Of a stretch of 64,000 bases of DNA, positions 1 through 13,224 are shown piece after piece. The stretch's first letter is position 1. The number at the start of each line of letters is the position of its first letter. The position numbers were made by a program, and so were the translations under genes. Source of the DNA: Moniliella sp. 'wahieum' (Eukaryota); the NCBI GenBank assembly GCA_003971905.1, contig RSEE01000036.1, positions 186,001-250,000 of the forward strand, read 5' to 3'. A model generated the notes under the pieces. The model saw nothing but the letters and a program-made list of their open reading frames with translations, was not told the origin of the DNA and made no database searches.

Positions 1-17
1 AGTACACACCGTCCATC

Positions 18-2121
18 ATGTCCAAGTCCATCTGGCGTGCGCCCAAAGCGCAACACTTTGAACTCGTACACCGCTCCCAGCGCGACCCCCTCGCCAACGA
101 CCCTGATGCAGACCAGCGTGTTCTCGCTCCGCGCCAGCGTCCTAACGAGTTGCGCCGTAATAAGGGTACGGGGTTGACGCGCAGCCAACTTGAGCAAGCG
201 GGCGCTGGGTCGGGTCAGCGTGCCAATGTGGGTGAGGCGGCGCGCTATGGTGTCTACTATGACGATACCGACTATGACTACATGCAGCATCTCAAAACTG
301 TTGGCCAAGGGGGTGATCCCACCGAGGATGACGCCCCGGCGGGGCCGACCTTCTTACTCGAGGCCCCCAACAAGAACAAAGTCCCCAAACAGGCCCCGCT
401 GGCAACGGGCATCGCTTTCAAGGATGCCACCCCTCCATCATCTGTGGGAGAGCCTTCCTCGTCTAAGGGGCTTCAGCTTCCGCCTGAAGCCTTGCCGTCA
501 GCTCTAGAGTTGAACCAACCCTACCGTCATGCCCCCGGGACGAAGGAGGGGGAAGTGCATGGGTTGCAGCCTGGGATGAACGCTCACTTGCGCCAGACGC
601 TCGAAGCGCTCGAAGATGAGGCATTTGTGGAGGACGACCTGGAAGATGACTTTTTTGACGGGATTGTTCATGATGGCGCGCAGGATGGTGCTCAACCCGA
701 GTGGATGGAACACGCACCCGAAGGAGACGAGCGTCTCTGGATGGACACGGCCGATTTGATCAAGGCCAAAGCTGACCAGGGGGAGGAGATTGACGAGGAG
801 CAACTTTCCCTGACCGAGAGGGTCGCGCTCTTTAAGGCTGGAAGCCTACCAGGGGTGCAGCGGTCTACCTCCTCAGACGACGAGAACGATGACGAAGCGG
901 CAGACGATGTGGGGTCCCTGCCAGGACTCCCAACTGGCCGGAGGAGGGCACCACGAGCGGCTTCCTCAGCGGGAGGCTCCTCCTCTATATTCGGGGACGA
1001 AAAGAAGAAAAAGAAGCCTGGTGTGAAAGCTCGGTATGCGGCATCGCAGGCAGGCAAGTCCGCATTTAGCATGTCGAGCAGCGCGATGAGCCGAAACAAG
1101 GGTCTCTCTGAGGTCGACACTCGCTTCGATGCCATCCTACGGCAATATGGTCGTCTCAATACCGATGACGATGATGTGGCAGCGTTTGGTACTGGGGTGG
1201 ATGACGAAGATGATCAAGAAATTGCCATGGAAGCCGAAGCACGAGCGGAAGCGGAGGAAGCGGAGGAGGAAGAGGCTGCCGAAACGGAGATGTCTGAGGC
1301 CCAAAAGCAAGCCTTGGATCGGGCTATGAACGACTTTATGGAGCATTATGACGTCTATGGTGGGAAGCTGGCGCCAAAACTCGGTGTTCGTGGTACATCG
1401 GCGGCAGACAAGGTGGGATTGATCCGCGAGAGCCTGGGAGTGGCTCGCATGCCCGATGCGGCTGCTTGGGCTGCCGAGCAAGAAGCGTATGAGCAGAATC
1501 CCGACGCTGGCATGCCTGAAGTACGCATCATTGGCTCCAACCGTGAGAAGTGGGATGTGGAGACCATTCTTTCTACTCGAACCAACCTGGAGAACCACCC
1601 CCGAACGATCAGCGCGGCGAGCGTCACCATTGCGCCCACGAGCTCGTATGCTCCCACGACGTTGGCAAGCCAGCGCATTTCGTCCCGGGGTTTGCTTGCG
1701 CCAGATGTGGAGCCTAAAGTTAAAGTGGATCTTCGGACGGGGTTGTCCAAGGTGGTGGGGTACCAAAAACGGCGGGCGGGACCTTCGAGCTGTTCATCAG
1801 ACCAAATAAGTGTCCCTTCGGAGGCTAACGAAGATGGAGGGCCTGAAGAGGATGAAGGGGACGAAAGTGGAGCGGAGTCGGACGACACCATTGGCCCCAT
1901 TACCGGAGGGACCATCACGAGACCCAAAGGGGAGAGTGCCGAAGACAAGAAGGCACGCAAGCAAGCGGCCAAACAGGACAAGCAGCTACGCCGTCAACAA
2001 AAGGCAGCAACCAAACAGGCATTCAAATCGGAAGCCAAACGACAGGCGAACCTGCGGAGTGCTTCTGCTGCCAAGGCTGGAGATGTCTCTCGGCAGAGCG
2101 TGCGGGGCTTTGCGGCTCTAA
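18..2121 (+). CDS. LTV1: Low-temperature viability protein Ltv1 (40S biogenesis factor)
   Basis: N-terminal HFELVHRSQRDPL motif, GEAARYGVYYDDTDYDYMQHLK, WDVETILSTRTNLENHPRTI and a C-terminal Lys-rich coil. The ORF track runs to 2261; a likelier end is ...ALRL* at 2121 after a 1-bp frameshift (inference). Confidence 0.9.
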
Positions 2122-3239
2122 GTGACATATTATTCCATCTCGGTCACTCGATTCCCGGGAGACGTCCCGTTTTTGTCCCCTTTTCATCGTTCCACTCTGT
2201 CCGCCGTGATGAAGGAAAATATAGGGGCCAACCTTCTTCCAATTTGGCGAAGCTTTCGTAGCTGTCGCCCATCTGTCACGGCACCTGCAATTGTTCGGAC
2301 TGCAATGATGCGTGTTGATGGCTGCAACCAGCCACGATGCACCCCAAAATGTCGCACCTTCGCATTGGACGGAGAGGTGGCTGCAGAGGAGCTCAGCCTG
2401 GCCTAGATTCAGTTTTCCTGGCCTCTGGCGATCCTGACATTAAGGCCCTTGACGTTGATGCCATTATCATTTCCTTTTACCCTACGATATCAATCAATTT
2501 CCCCCTCCTGCTGTCAAAATGGAGGGTAGGTGTGGAGCATGCCCTTTTGTGGGGATGGGGCATATATGAATTGCCGTGGAAATGGTTACGAAGATGCTGG
2601 ACTACTGAGGAGTGCGGGATGATGATGCATTTTGTGGAAGAGAGACGTTGGAAGACGGCGACTGATGTTTCTTGTTCCAGCAGAGGGATGGTTATGAGAG
2701 TAGGTGCCCCCCAAACGTATAAAACGTCACAATAGAGCAAGCGACGGGTGTCTCCAACATAGAGTGTTTTGGCTCTTGTGGGATCGAGAAACAAAAAATG
2801 AGGCAGCAGCGAATGGTTGATGAAGAAGGTGCTATAGATATGTATAAAGAGTAGTAGGAGGATACGGACCCCTTGCTACAACATGACACAATCCTTCTGC
2901 CTTTCTTTATGCTGCCTTCTTCGGGGTCAATTGAGCCGGGACAACCGGGCCACCACAGACATCAAGAGAGTACAAACTCAATCTCGCGAACGCTCTGGCT
3001 CAGTGACAAAACTTGATCCAGACAAGTGTGGCCCGTGATTGGTCAGGACCAGCACTCGCGTTGTTATCATAAGGGCCGGAAAGACTAGATAACGACTCTC
3101 CAAATGTCCCCGATTTGCGTCAGCTACTGGGAGCGAGAGCAGCGCAGGGTATCTCAACGTGGATGAGGTTGGTCGAGCGAAGCGTCCCCATATGAGCCGT
3201 ATACTGGCTGATACCCTCTACCACTTTCATATGCCACAG

Positions 3240-4481
3240 TTACGCTGCCCATACCTGCAGACGAGCATCCCACGAGCCCGTACAAAGCGCCTGTCCGTCG
3301 GGACTGACACCCAAACATGATACGCGGGTCTCATGACCTGAAAGCGTCCCTGCCCGCTCCACCTGTAGCGCATCCCATAGTTGCACCCGCGAGTCGTCAT
3401 GAGCCACTGCTAGCATGCGGCCCGAATGGGTAAACTCGAGCGATGTGACGGGTGTGGTGATGTTTGGGTGGCTATACTGGGCCAGCTCTCGGTCCGCGCG
3501 TAGATCAAAAAGCTTGCACGACGTATCTTCCGACCCCGTCGCAAACGCATTTCCATCTGGGAACATACAGACGGCGTTAATGTCCATCTCGTGGGCATGG
3601 AAGCTCCGCACTGCCCCCTTGAAACTATCGACTCGGGTGTCCCACAGCTTAGCATAGCCATCACATGCACCCGAGAGGAAGATGGAACGGTTGGTAGGAC
3701 TGAGAGCAAGGCCCATCACATCGGCTGAATGTTCCAAATATTCGGCTTTTGGTCGACCTGTTTCCACATCCCAGAGTATGCAGCTCTGGTCGCCAGACGA
3801 CGTGACCATTTCCCGATCCGAAATGAAGCGGCAGTGGGACATGAACGCTGAATGGCCAACCAGCTCCTGGGCTGGTTGGGCTGCGTACGCCATGGACCCT
3901 GCTAATTCCGATACGGGGTCGTCGACACTAGGCAAACGGAAGATGTAACACACGTTCTCTAGGCCCCCCGTGGCCACGAGCCGTCCTGAAGGGGAATAAG
4001 CACAGTCCATAACCCATTGGAAATGAAGAGGCAACGCATGGACTTTATTGCCGGTATATGCGTCCCAGACCAGCAGTTTCCCGTCCTGCCCGACGGACAC
4101 GAGGTGTTGCGAGTCGGCCGCCCATTGGAGAGCGTATACTTTGGCAAGATGCCCCTTGAGGGTACGACGGACGCGCAGCTGGGCGGTGCGCGGAAGAGGT
4201 GGAACAGTGCCTTGGCTGACGGAACGAAGCGTGGTATCAGCAAGTGCGTCTCTTTGCTGGACGACCTGAGCTTTGAGGCCCTCCGCAGTGCGACGAGCAT
4301 CGGCAATGAGGCGTTGGAGCTGTTCAGCCTGTTGAGCCTGTTGAGCAAGTGCAGCTGGGGCGAGCGGAACAGTGCCTGCGCTGCGGCCCTGGACAGGGAG
4401 TGCCTTGTGAGGCGGAAGGAGACGATTGGAGGAAGAGGAGCTGTCGGTGCGGTGGACGATGGGGGTGAGAGGGTAGCTCAT
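3240..4481 (-). CDS. GPB1: Heterotrimeric G-protein beta subunit (WD40)
   Basis: RRTLKGHLAKVYALQWAADSQHLVSVGQDGKLLVWD, LSGACDGYAKLWD, GNAFATGSEDTSCKLFDLRADRE and ALCTGSWDARLQVWA are G-beta hallmarks. First ATG at 4481 (MSYPLTP). Confidence 0.95.
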   Translation of the reverse strand: MSYPLTPIVHRTDSSSSSNRLLPPHKALPVQGRSAGTVPLAPAALAQQAQQAEQLQRLIADARRTAEGLKAQVVQQRDALADTTLRSVSQGTVPPLPRTAQLRVRRTLKGHLAKVYALQWAADSQHLVSVGQDGKLLVWDAYTGNKVHALPLHFQWVMDCAYSPSGRLVATGGLENVCYIFRLPSVDDPVSELAGSMAYAAQPAQELVGHSAFMSHCRFISDREMVTSSGDQSCILWDVETGRPKAEYLEHSADVMGLALSPTNRSIFLSGACDGYAKLWDTRVDSFKGAVRSFHAHEMDINAVCMFPDGNAFATGSEDTSCKLFDLRADRELAQYSHPNITTPVTSLEFTHSGRMLAVAHDDSRVQLWDALQVERAGTLSGHETRVSCLGVSPDGQALCTGSWDARLQVWAA

Positions 4482-5498
4482 GGCCAAAGGAAGGAGGAGG
4501 GGGGGCGGACTGTGCCTCACAGTGGGGGCGATAGATGGCGGCAATGGAAGAGAAGAGGAGAATCGAGACGATGGACTCGCCGCGGTCGGCAGAAGCCGTC
4601 GCACTGTGGTACTACTAAGGAGGCGCGCGTGAGCGCTCTAAGGATCTGGACACTGGCGGCCTGCGAACGGGGCTCCATCGGAAGATGAAGCAGCGATTGT
4701 TCAGAGTTCCCAATAGTAGGCCCAATAAAGCAGAGGCGAAAGGCTGGCAAGCGGCTGGCAAGGCACAATGGGTGATACGTGATGTACATGGTACACGTTA
4801 TAGATACGAGCAGCCTGCGCATGGCTTCTTCACCGACAGCTGGCATGGCGCCAGTGTACAAGAGAGGGTCTGCACCCTGGTCGTGTCCTGACACCTTTGC
4901 GTCGCGCAGAGAGGCTGTGGCGTCGTCCAGGAGACCTGGCGTATACGGCCGCTTCTTTTCACCAGCCATGGTCAAAACAAGGGACGGGCTTCTGTTGCCG
5001 CCAACTGGTATAATATCCTAATCGCCTCTCCCCCCACTGGCAGCACTAGTTGCATGCCACTAGTCACTGTGACTGTAATGCTCCCTTCGATCTTAGATCT
5101 ACGCCTCTTGTCCATCTGTGCTCGACGCACCACACCATCAACTCACGCAGCTGAAGAAACCCCGGGCGCCCGGATTCCTTGGCTGTGGGGGCACTTGGGT
5201 GTGGGAAGTGTGGCCCTGCGTCGCTTGCAGGCCGCCCTGGGCCAGGCGTCACCGGTCACCGGTCATACATCATGCAATTGAATCACGTGCAGACCGGCCC
5301 CTCCCCTGGGAGGCGGAATGGGGCCCAGAATATTTGACCATTCCGCCCTGCTTTGTGGCAAAGCAAGGCTCAGGCTGAGCCGCCTGGGACGGAGATGGAC
5401 TAGTGCGTGACTCGGCGAAGTGAAGAATCAAGCCCGGGCTCAGCCTTGCGTCCACCCACGCCCTGCTCCCACCCACCACCCGTCCCCAGCCTGCTCCC

Positions 5499-8012
5499 AT
5501 GAAGGGGCCATTCGCGTCCGAGTACATTCCCCCCATCATCCCCAGGGGCCGCCCCCGCGGAAGCGCGCGACGATGCGTCCTTGGCTGCGTTCCAGGGCAA
5601 GACGGTGTTGATCGACAACTACGACAGCTTCACCTACAACATTGTCGAGTACCTCACCGATCTCGGTGCCGACGTCATTGTCTTTCGCAACGACAAGGTC
5701 ACTGTCGCGCAGATCCAGCAGCTGGCGCCCCGCAACCTCGTCATCAGTCCCGGCCCAGGCCACCCGCTGAAAGACAGTGGGGTGTCGATGCCTGCCATCC
5801 TCCACTTTGCCGGCCAGATTCCCATCTTTGGGGTGTGCATGGGCCTGCAGACCATGTATGCCGCCTATGCGGGCGTGGTTGAGTTTGCCGGGAAATCGTG
5901 CATGGCAAGACATCGTTGGTGGAGCACGATGGCAAGGGCCTTTATGCCGGCCTGGACCCGCAGGGTGTGATTGGTACCCGGTACCATTCGCTCGCAGCCA
6001 ACATCCATACCCTGCCCCCCAGCTTGCTGTCACATCCAAGACAGCATCGGGGGTGGTGATGGGCATCCGTCACACCCCTGCCATGGAAGCCATCCAGTTC
6101 CACCCCGAGGGCATCCTCTCTCGCTTGGGCAAGGACATGATTGCCAACTTTCTTACGTGGCCTCCGGCACGTGGAAGGCTGCCCCCAGGCCCTCATCCTC
6201 CCTCAGGATGTGAACAAGAGCGAGCAGACGAGCACGGCAGAGATGACGATGAAGTCGCCCCAAGCATCGGAGCGGAGAGTGCTCGAACGAAGAGGGCGTT
6301 AGCGGCTGCCGTCACTTCTGCCTTGGCCACTGAGGATGCCGCCTTGGCCGCAGCCCAGGCCGCCAAGGAAGCTATCGTTCTCCCTCCCACCAAGGGCCCA
6401 GATGGCAAAACCATTCTGGAGCGCATCCATGTTCAACGAAAATTGGACATTGCTGCGGCCCAAGCTGTGCCGGGGCAAACGCTTGCTGAGCTCGAAGCGT
6501 CCATTGCGATGCACCTGGCACCTCCACTGGTGAGTGTGCTAGACCGTTGCGCACCCTCGTGCCCAAGGGCAGATCGCCGTCATGGCGGAGATGAAGCGGG
6601 CGAGCCCATCAAAGGGATTGATCGATCCCGAGGCGCATGCGGGCAAGCAGGCGTTTGCCTACGCCCAGGCGGAGCCAGCGTTGTGTCGGTGCTAACCGAG
6701 ACGCATTGGTTCAAAGGCACGCTGCAGGACCTTCGATTGGCCCGCGCCGCGGTGGAGGGGATGCGAGACCGCCCCGCTTTGCTGCGAAAAGCTTTGTGGT
6801 GGACAAGTACCAGATTGCCGAGGCGCGTTTGGCGGGGGCCGACACGGTGCTGTTGATTGTCGCCATGTTCCCCAACGCCAGCCCCGCTGGGGAAGGGGAC
6901 GCGGCGCTGAAATCGCTTTACGACTACAGTCTGTCACTGGGGATGGAACCGTTGGTGGAGGTCAACAATGCAGCTGAGATGGCCCGCGCGGTCCGGCTGG
7001 GGTCCAAACTGATTGGCGTCAACAACCGCAACCTGCACGACTTTAACGTTGACATGGGCACCACCAGTCGTCTTATCTCGGCGGCCCAAGCGGGACAGAA
7101 GGAAGCGCCGTTCATTGCCGCCTTGAGTGGCATCTCTTCGCGTGCCGACGTGCAAAAGTATGTGGAGGAAGGAGTGGAGGCGGTGCTAGTAGGCGAAGCA
7201 TGATGCGGGCCGACGACAAGAAGGCGTTTATGAACCACTTGATGGGCTTGCCCGCCAAACCTTCCGTTCCATCCAAGTCCCCCTTGGTCAAAGTCTGTGG
7301 ACTACGGGATGCCGCCTCGGCCCTGGTTGCCGCCCGAGGGGCTGACCTGCTCGGCTTGATCCTCGTTCCAGGGACGAAGCGGTCGATCAGCACGGAGCAA
7401 GCCAAAGAGATTATCCAGGCCGTTCGAGGAGAGCAGCGCACGGCACACACCGAAGGAGGCGATGCCCCCAACCCCTTTCGAATCGGTGGCCTGGTTTGAG
7501 GATACAGCGCACCACCTTCGTTCTGCACCGGCGCCGTGATAGTGGGTGTGTTCCGAAACCAGTCGTTGGAGGAGGTACGACGGGTGGCCGAGGAGCTGGA
7601 GTTGGATGTGGTGCAGCTGCATGGGTCTGTGGAGCAGGAGCCGCTGGAGTGGGCCCGCTCTTTGCCGGGCAAGCGGGTGATTCAAATGTTCTCGGTCCCG
7701 GCCGGAGCGACCGAGTTGGACCCGGCTCTGCAAGCCGCGTTCCATCCGACCTATCACCACCTTGCTGGTCTCGATGCCGGAGCAGGCGGGACGGGGCATT
7801 CGTTTGATTGGGCCGTGGCCCGGCGCTTGGCTGGGACCACCCCTTTCCTGCTTGCTGGTGGGCTGACGGCGGACAATGTGCAGGAGGCGGTCCAGGCCGC
7901 TGGGTCGGGCACGCTCATCGTCGACACTTCCTCTGGGGTAGAGACCGACGGGATCAAAGACCACAAGAAGATCGAAGCCTTTGTCGCTGCCGCTAGGGCT
8001 GCACGGGCTTGA
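5499..8012 (+). CDS. TRP1: Trifunctional tryptophan biosynthesis protein (anthranilate synthase GATase + IGPS + PRAI), several apparent frameshifts
   Basis: GATase: [93 protein letters not shown]. Motifs are colinear across successive ORF fragments; the start is uncertain. Confidence 0.95.
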
Positions 8013-8649
8013 TTCCTACACAAGATTGCTGTCGGGAACGATACACGCCTTCCGAGTACTCGATTCATTTGTGGTATCACTTGAATCTTGTCCGACGCTG
8101 GAAAATGGATTCCTGATACATCAGTAACAAATGATTGGGGGAACAGCGTAGGATGAAGGGAACGAAGAGATTTCTAGACAACGTAGCGAGATGAACCGCG
8201 GACTATATATGCTGTGGGAGGCACGCTCATGCACACAGCTCTCATGGTGACTTTGGCATGAGGGCTCAACGAGAAACTGGAATGGTGACCAGCACTGAAG
8301 ACGAGACGAAATCGACTGAGGAAAACGTGTAAGGAAACTCATGGACCCGGACTACACCGGGGCAGGAATACAAGAGACTGATTCGTTGAGAACAATGAGA
8401 ACAATGAGCACCTACCGATGCACTAGGGAGATGAGCACGCATAGGAAGGAACAAAGCCACAGAAAAGAAGACTGGGGAGGAAGAGCGGGGGCACACATCG
8501 TACAGGGCAGGGTATAGGATAGAGACACAACCAACACAAAACACTCAACAAAAAAAGTAGGAAAAGAGGAGGGCGGTCTATTTTTCCGGATCCCGACAAA
8601 GCGCGAGCAGCGCGACCGAGCATGCCCGTCATCGTTTTTCGGTCCTGGC

Positions 8650-11600
8650 TCAAGGCATGCGACACTTCCTGTGACGGGGAAGGTGCTGAGTCTTGGCCTG
8701 GGGGACCAAGATTGGGGGCGGGAAGAAGTGGGAGGGGGAAGAAGGCGAACGCCCACCTTGTGGGGCTGACGAATGAACAGAGGATGTCATGCTCGTTCTT
8801 GATTCTACGGCATGCGTACTGGACGGAGCAGGGACGGGGTGGAAGTGGTGCCAGCACTGGGGTACTGGTAGCCGATCCAAACAGTGAGGCCAATACGCGG
8901 TTCTGCACCGCCTGTCCCGCTCAATCTGGGCTCGGAGTGCCGCTTGTGGTACGCGCACTGTCGGCCCCACAGGTTGGGGAGGCGACGGGGGTTCCTCGGC
9001 CGATTCCAGCTGGGTCCAGGTGATGGGAGGCTCGGGCGGCGCAAGCGCTGGCCCATCCTCCGTAAGAGATGACAAGGAGGGAGAAGTACGGCCTGAGCCA
9101 GTCGTGCCCACGCGGGCATGAAATCGCATCCGGGTGGGATACTGTCGTGAGGTCCGTTGCGACGGGGAGGGAACCGCAGCTCGGAATCCGCTGGCCGATC
9201 CAGGACGTGAAGCGAAGCGACGCGGGTCGCTTAGTCCCCCCGTGCCGATCAAATCGGGAGAAGTGGTGATGGACCTCAAGTTCGCCAATTCAGTGGGCGA
9301 AACGGGGCTGGCACCCTTTTCGAACGGGGTGCGACCGGGAGCAAGCGCCACATCGGGGGAACAGGGTGTATTGGGGCCAGACCCAGGAGAGGCGTACGCT
9401 CGTTCGCCTGAGGCAACCGTCGAGTCGGACCAGCCAAACTCAGGCCACGGATGGAGCGCAAAGGGGAAGAGCGTGGAGTCGGGATAGTCTGGAAGAGGTT
9501 GGAGCGATGATGGCAGGAAGGGATCGTCGGTGGGGTGGAGCGGAGGGATCTGTCTGGATGAATGAAAGACCGGAGAAGAGGCCAATGAGCGCCTGAGTTC
9601 GTCCACTTTATCTTCGATGAGTGCTTAGCATCTGCCCATTGGAGGCGCGGGCAAGAAGATCTTCCAATACGGAGATCGTGTGTTGCATCGAGTGAAGGAA
9701 ACGTGGATCGCGTTCACGGCTGCTCACGTGGGACGGGTTGACTCTCCTAAGGGTACGACTCCATCTTCCTCTTCTTGAGAGGACGGAGAAACCAGGGTGT
9801 GAGTGAGGGCAGAAATACCGGCTGATGAGGGTGGGAGGGAAGCATGCTGCTGCAGTGGAGGGGCGATTGGGCTGGGTACGATTGTGCAAATCGTCAATCA
9901 TAGCGCGCTTCTTCACCATACGACTGTCTCCCTGAAGCTCACGCAAGGCCAAGTCGTTAAGGGAATATCGCCTCGGACGTCCACGAGGGGCAGCACGATA
10001 TCCCCAAGGATGGTTCGAGAGGGGAGGCTAGTCCCGGGATCTGCGGAAGCAGCAGAAGTTCCATCATGCCCTCTCTGCGCTCCTGCAGGTACAGCCTTAG
10101 AATCATCCTCCCAATCCGACGTTGCCACTCAGGCTCGTCTTGCTCCTCGACTCGCTGGGTAGAAAGGTCTGTAGACGAGGGAGCATCGCTGCGTCCCGAA
10201 GCACGGGAGCGGACACGGCGAGCTTCGTCGGGAGCTACCTCGTCCTCTGTACGGAATTGATACGAACTAGGTGGAGGGTGGGACGCGTGGGAGCGCGGTT
10301 TTCGGACCGTGGCTGACAACGACGCCGACGCTTGCGGTGGGAAAGCTGACTTCAAGGAGGCCGGGGTGAGGCTCATGTGTACTGTAGGGGTCCCGAGTAA
10401 TGCAGTGTCGAACGCGCCATCCTTCTCAGTGGTGGGGGAGGTTACGTTTCTGGGAGGTAGAAGGTTGGAAGAATGCAGAAGTGAGCTGGTCGAGCGAGGC
10501 GGAATGGGGCCAGGAACAAACTCGGCCAGCGAGGCCTGGGCATCCACGAAGGGTAGGTTGACTGAATCTGAGCAGGATCGTTGACGGGAATGGGCGCGCA
10601 TCTCTTGGAAGTTCCCCCTCAAGACAGAAAATGGTCGTTCTAAGGCCGATTCGGACCCCGCATTCGAGGTATGATGGGAAAGTGGGTGGGCAACGTCGAT
10701 AGGAGAGATTGTGGGGCACGTTTGAGTAGCAGTCGAGTTGCTTTGCGAGCCCTTGAGAGAGTGCGGTTCATCCCCAGCCCCCATGGAAGAATGATGCGAA
10801 GGGGGAAGAGATACGGGCGATATGCTGGGTAAGCCTGCACTTGCAGGCGCCGACCTAGTAACAGCCATGGGAACAGAGACGGACAAGTGCGTGCCCAGGG
10901 CAGTAGGATCTGTACCGGCAGTAGACGGAGGTAACACGGCAAGACTGGTCGGAAGTGACAAGGGTTCCAGTCCTAGAAGACTCCGTGACGAATCCAGAGC
11001 AAGAAAAATGGGCGCACACGCTTCCATGTTGGCCAATGCAGCGGCAAGATCTTGGACGCCTGCCGACTCGGCTCCGGCCAAATCGTTCTCAAACTCGTCT
11101 GATCCTTCGGAATCAGAGAGATGATCTGGGGTGGGCGGAGAGGCAAGCTCGGATCGCAAGAGGGCATGCTCTGTCATGGTCTGTCCCACCGCCTGGAGAA
11201 CAGCCTGGGCGAGAGCTTGGAGCACAGCCGATACGTACACACTTGTTTGCGGGGTAAGCTGCACAAAGGAATTGGGCGATGAGCCAATGGGGATGCGTGT
11301 GTCAGCAGGCGGGGCAGGCGGGTCCGAGGCGTTGGGCCGGTGGCGCTTGTGGGAACGAGCGGGAAGGGTGCAGTAATAGTATGCATGTTGACGGAGCTAA
11401 GGCGGTGGATATTGGTTAACGGAGGGAAACAATCAGATGATGGCGCAACGTACTTCGATGTAGGCAGCCACAGTGGGAAACGCGTCAGCACCATCCCAAC
11501 GGCTATAGGCGGCAAGGCCGAGGGGGGCGACACCGCGGGTGGTACGCAGGTGAGCCTCGTGAGCCTTGATTGCCATTTCGGCATCCGTCAGAATCTCGCG

Positions 11601-12031
11601 CGCAAAGGCCGCAACGGACGCCGAGGGCATTCCGGGAGTGTCAGAGGGGGATTGCGTAGAAGAGGAAGCAGGGCATGGGCGCGGATGCGGTCGTGGTGGA
11701 GAGAGCGTGCGCCAAGGACAATGCGCAGGATAACCTCGTCGAGCAGCTGATGGAGAGCGGCAAGGGCGTCGGGCTGGACGCGCACACGTCGGTTGGCTGC
11801 CTCTGATGCAATGCGGGCAGCATGGGCGGGGGAAATGAAGGCGGGGGCGGGCGGAAGGGTGGCGGGGAGGGGGGGCAGCGCGAGCCAAGGCGAGGCAGAC
11901 GAGACGGAAGCCGCGGCAGCGGCCGAGGAGACGCCGGCGGCGGACAGGCGGCGGCTGAGGCGGCGTGCCCTGAGCGGCGGGGGAGGGGCCACGGGGCTAC
12001 CGCCAGGAGCACGGGGGGCGCCAGGCGGCAT
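8650..12031 (-). CDS. Large conserved-fungal-type hypothetical protein: helical (possibly histone-fold-like) N-terminus, long Ser/Pro-rich tail; frameshifted
   Basis: Chained minus-strand ORFs 11588-12541, 11433-11888, 9957-11264, 9608-9952 and 8650-9606. Segments PAPAFISPAHAARI..ALAALHQLLDEVILRIV..REILTDAEMAI..SVYVSAVLQALAQAVL look like ordered helices. Boundaries approximate. Confidence 0.55.
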
Positions 12032-12329
12032 GGAGGGGGGATGGGCTGCGGGGGGGCAATGGGGAGCCGAGAGCGGGGGTGGTGGGGATGGGGATGGCGG
12101 TGGGAAGGAGGCGCGGCCGAGGGCCCAGGCCGAGGCTGCTACCCGGGGGAGGTGGCGCGGTGATCTGGGGTGCGGTGGGAGGCTGGGGCAGTGCGAGGCG
12201 GGCGAGGCGCATGTGGCATGTGACAGCGACCAGAGGCAGCGACCAGTGGCAGAGCCGACTGAGTACTGGTGACTACTGCTGCATGTGGCTGGGACACTGC
12301 TGCGTAAGCGGCGGAGCGCAGCGACAGCC

Positions 12330-13095
12330 CAGGAAGCGCTAAGCTTAGCGCTACCAAGTACGCTGCCAGGGGCGCCGCAGCGCTGCACTGCCGGGCTGCC
12401 GACAGCGCTCAGCTGATATTTTCCGATGCCCGGGTCCCGCCCCACTGCCGCCCCGTGCCTGCCTGCTCCTCCTGCGCCACCTGCGCCGCCTCCCCCGCGC
12501 CCAGGCAAGCCCAGCAGATCCCACAGCGCAGCACGGCGCAAGCCTTGGCGTGTGTGCTTACCTCAGGCCTCATGCATCAGGCTCACGTATACATACCAGA
12601 CATCACCCATGCTGCCACATCATGCATCATTCATCATGGCGCACCCACCCCTTCTCAGACTCATCCATCTATCTCATCAATCTCACCAACCATCGGCCAA
12701 TCTCCTGTATGAGTGCGCGTACTCAATATTCAACCTCACCACTCCGTCTGAGTACTCAACCATCCCTGGCCCAATAAAATGGGACTGCCTCGCCCTCTCT
12801 CATGGTCATCACCTCACCGATCATGAATATCATGAACCGTCAAGTCATTCAGCACCACCAGTGTAACAAAGGAATACTGGCAGTGGACAAGTAGCATGTA
12901 GGTAAGGCCCACAACCTAAGGCCTACAGCCTAAGGCCTACAGCCTAAGGCCCAAGGCTCCATACACGCGAGCTGCAAGGCCTTTTGTCTCAAGCTCTACG
13001 AACAAGGTAGCCAACAAGCCACGCCAGGGCCACGCCCTGCGGCCTGCCGCGCCTTACGGCCTTACGACTTTTTCAGCGCTTCAATTCGGCCCTAG
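12330..13095. repeat. Cluster of TNA/4-bp-palindrome heptamer micro-arrays
   Basis: AGCGCTAAGCTTAGCGCT, TCA-GGCC-TCA-TGCA-TCA, (CCTAAGGCCTACAG)n. Confidence 0.8.
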
Positions 13096-13224
13096 TGCAC
13101 TGCTACAAGCGGCAACGCGCCACGCATCATTCACCATACGTGGCCACCACGCGTCACGACCAGAAGAAATGGAGTGGACAAAGGAATAAGAAGGAGATAG
13201 GCAAGGGAACAAAGGACCAAAGTG

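Noticed and set aside
1137..1981. Long antisense or overlapping ORFs here and over other genes (e.g. 4017-4688, 42459-43163, 50272-51087)
   Set aside because: Shadow ORFs of GC-rich coding sequence with no independent protein features.
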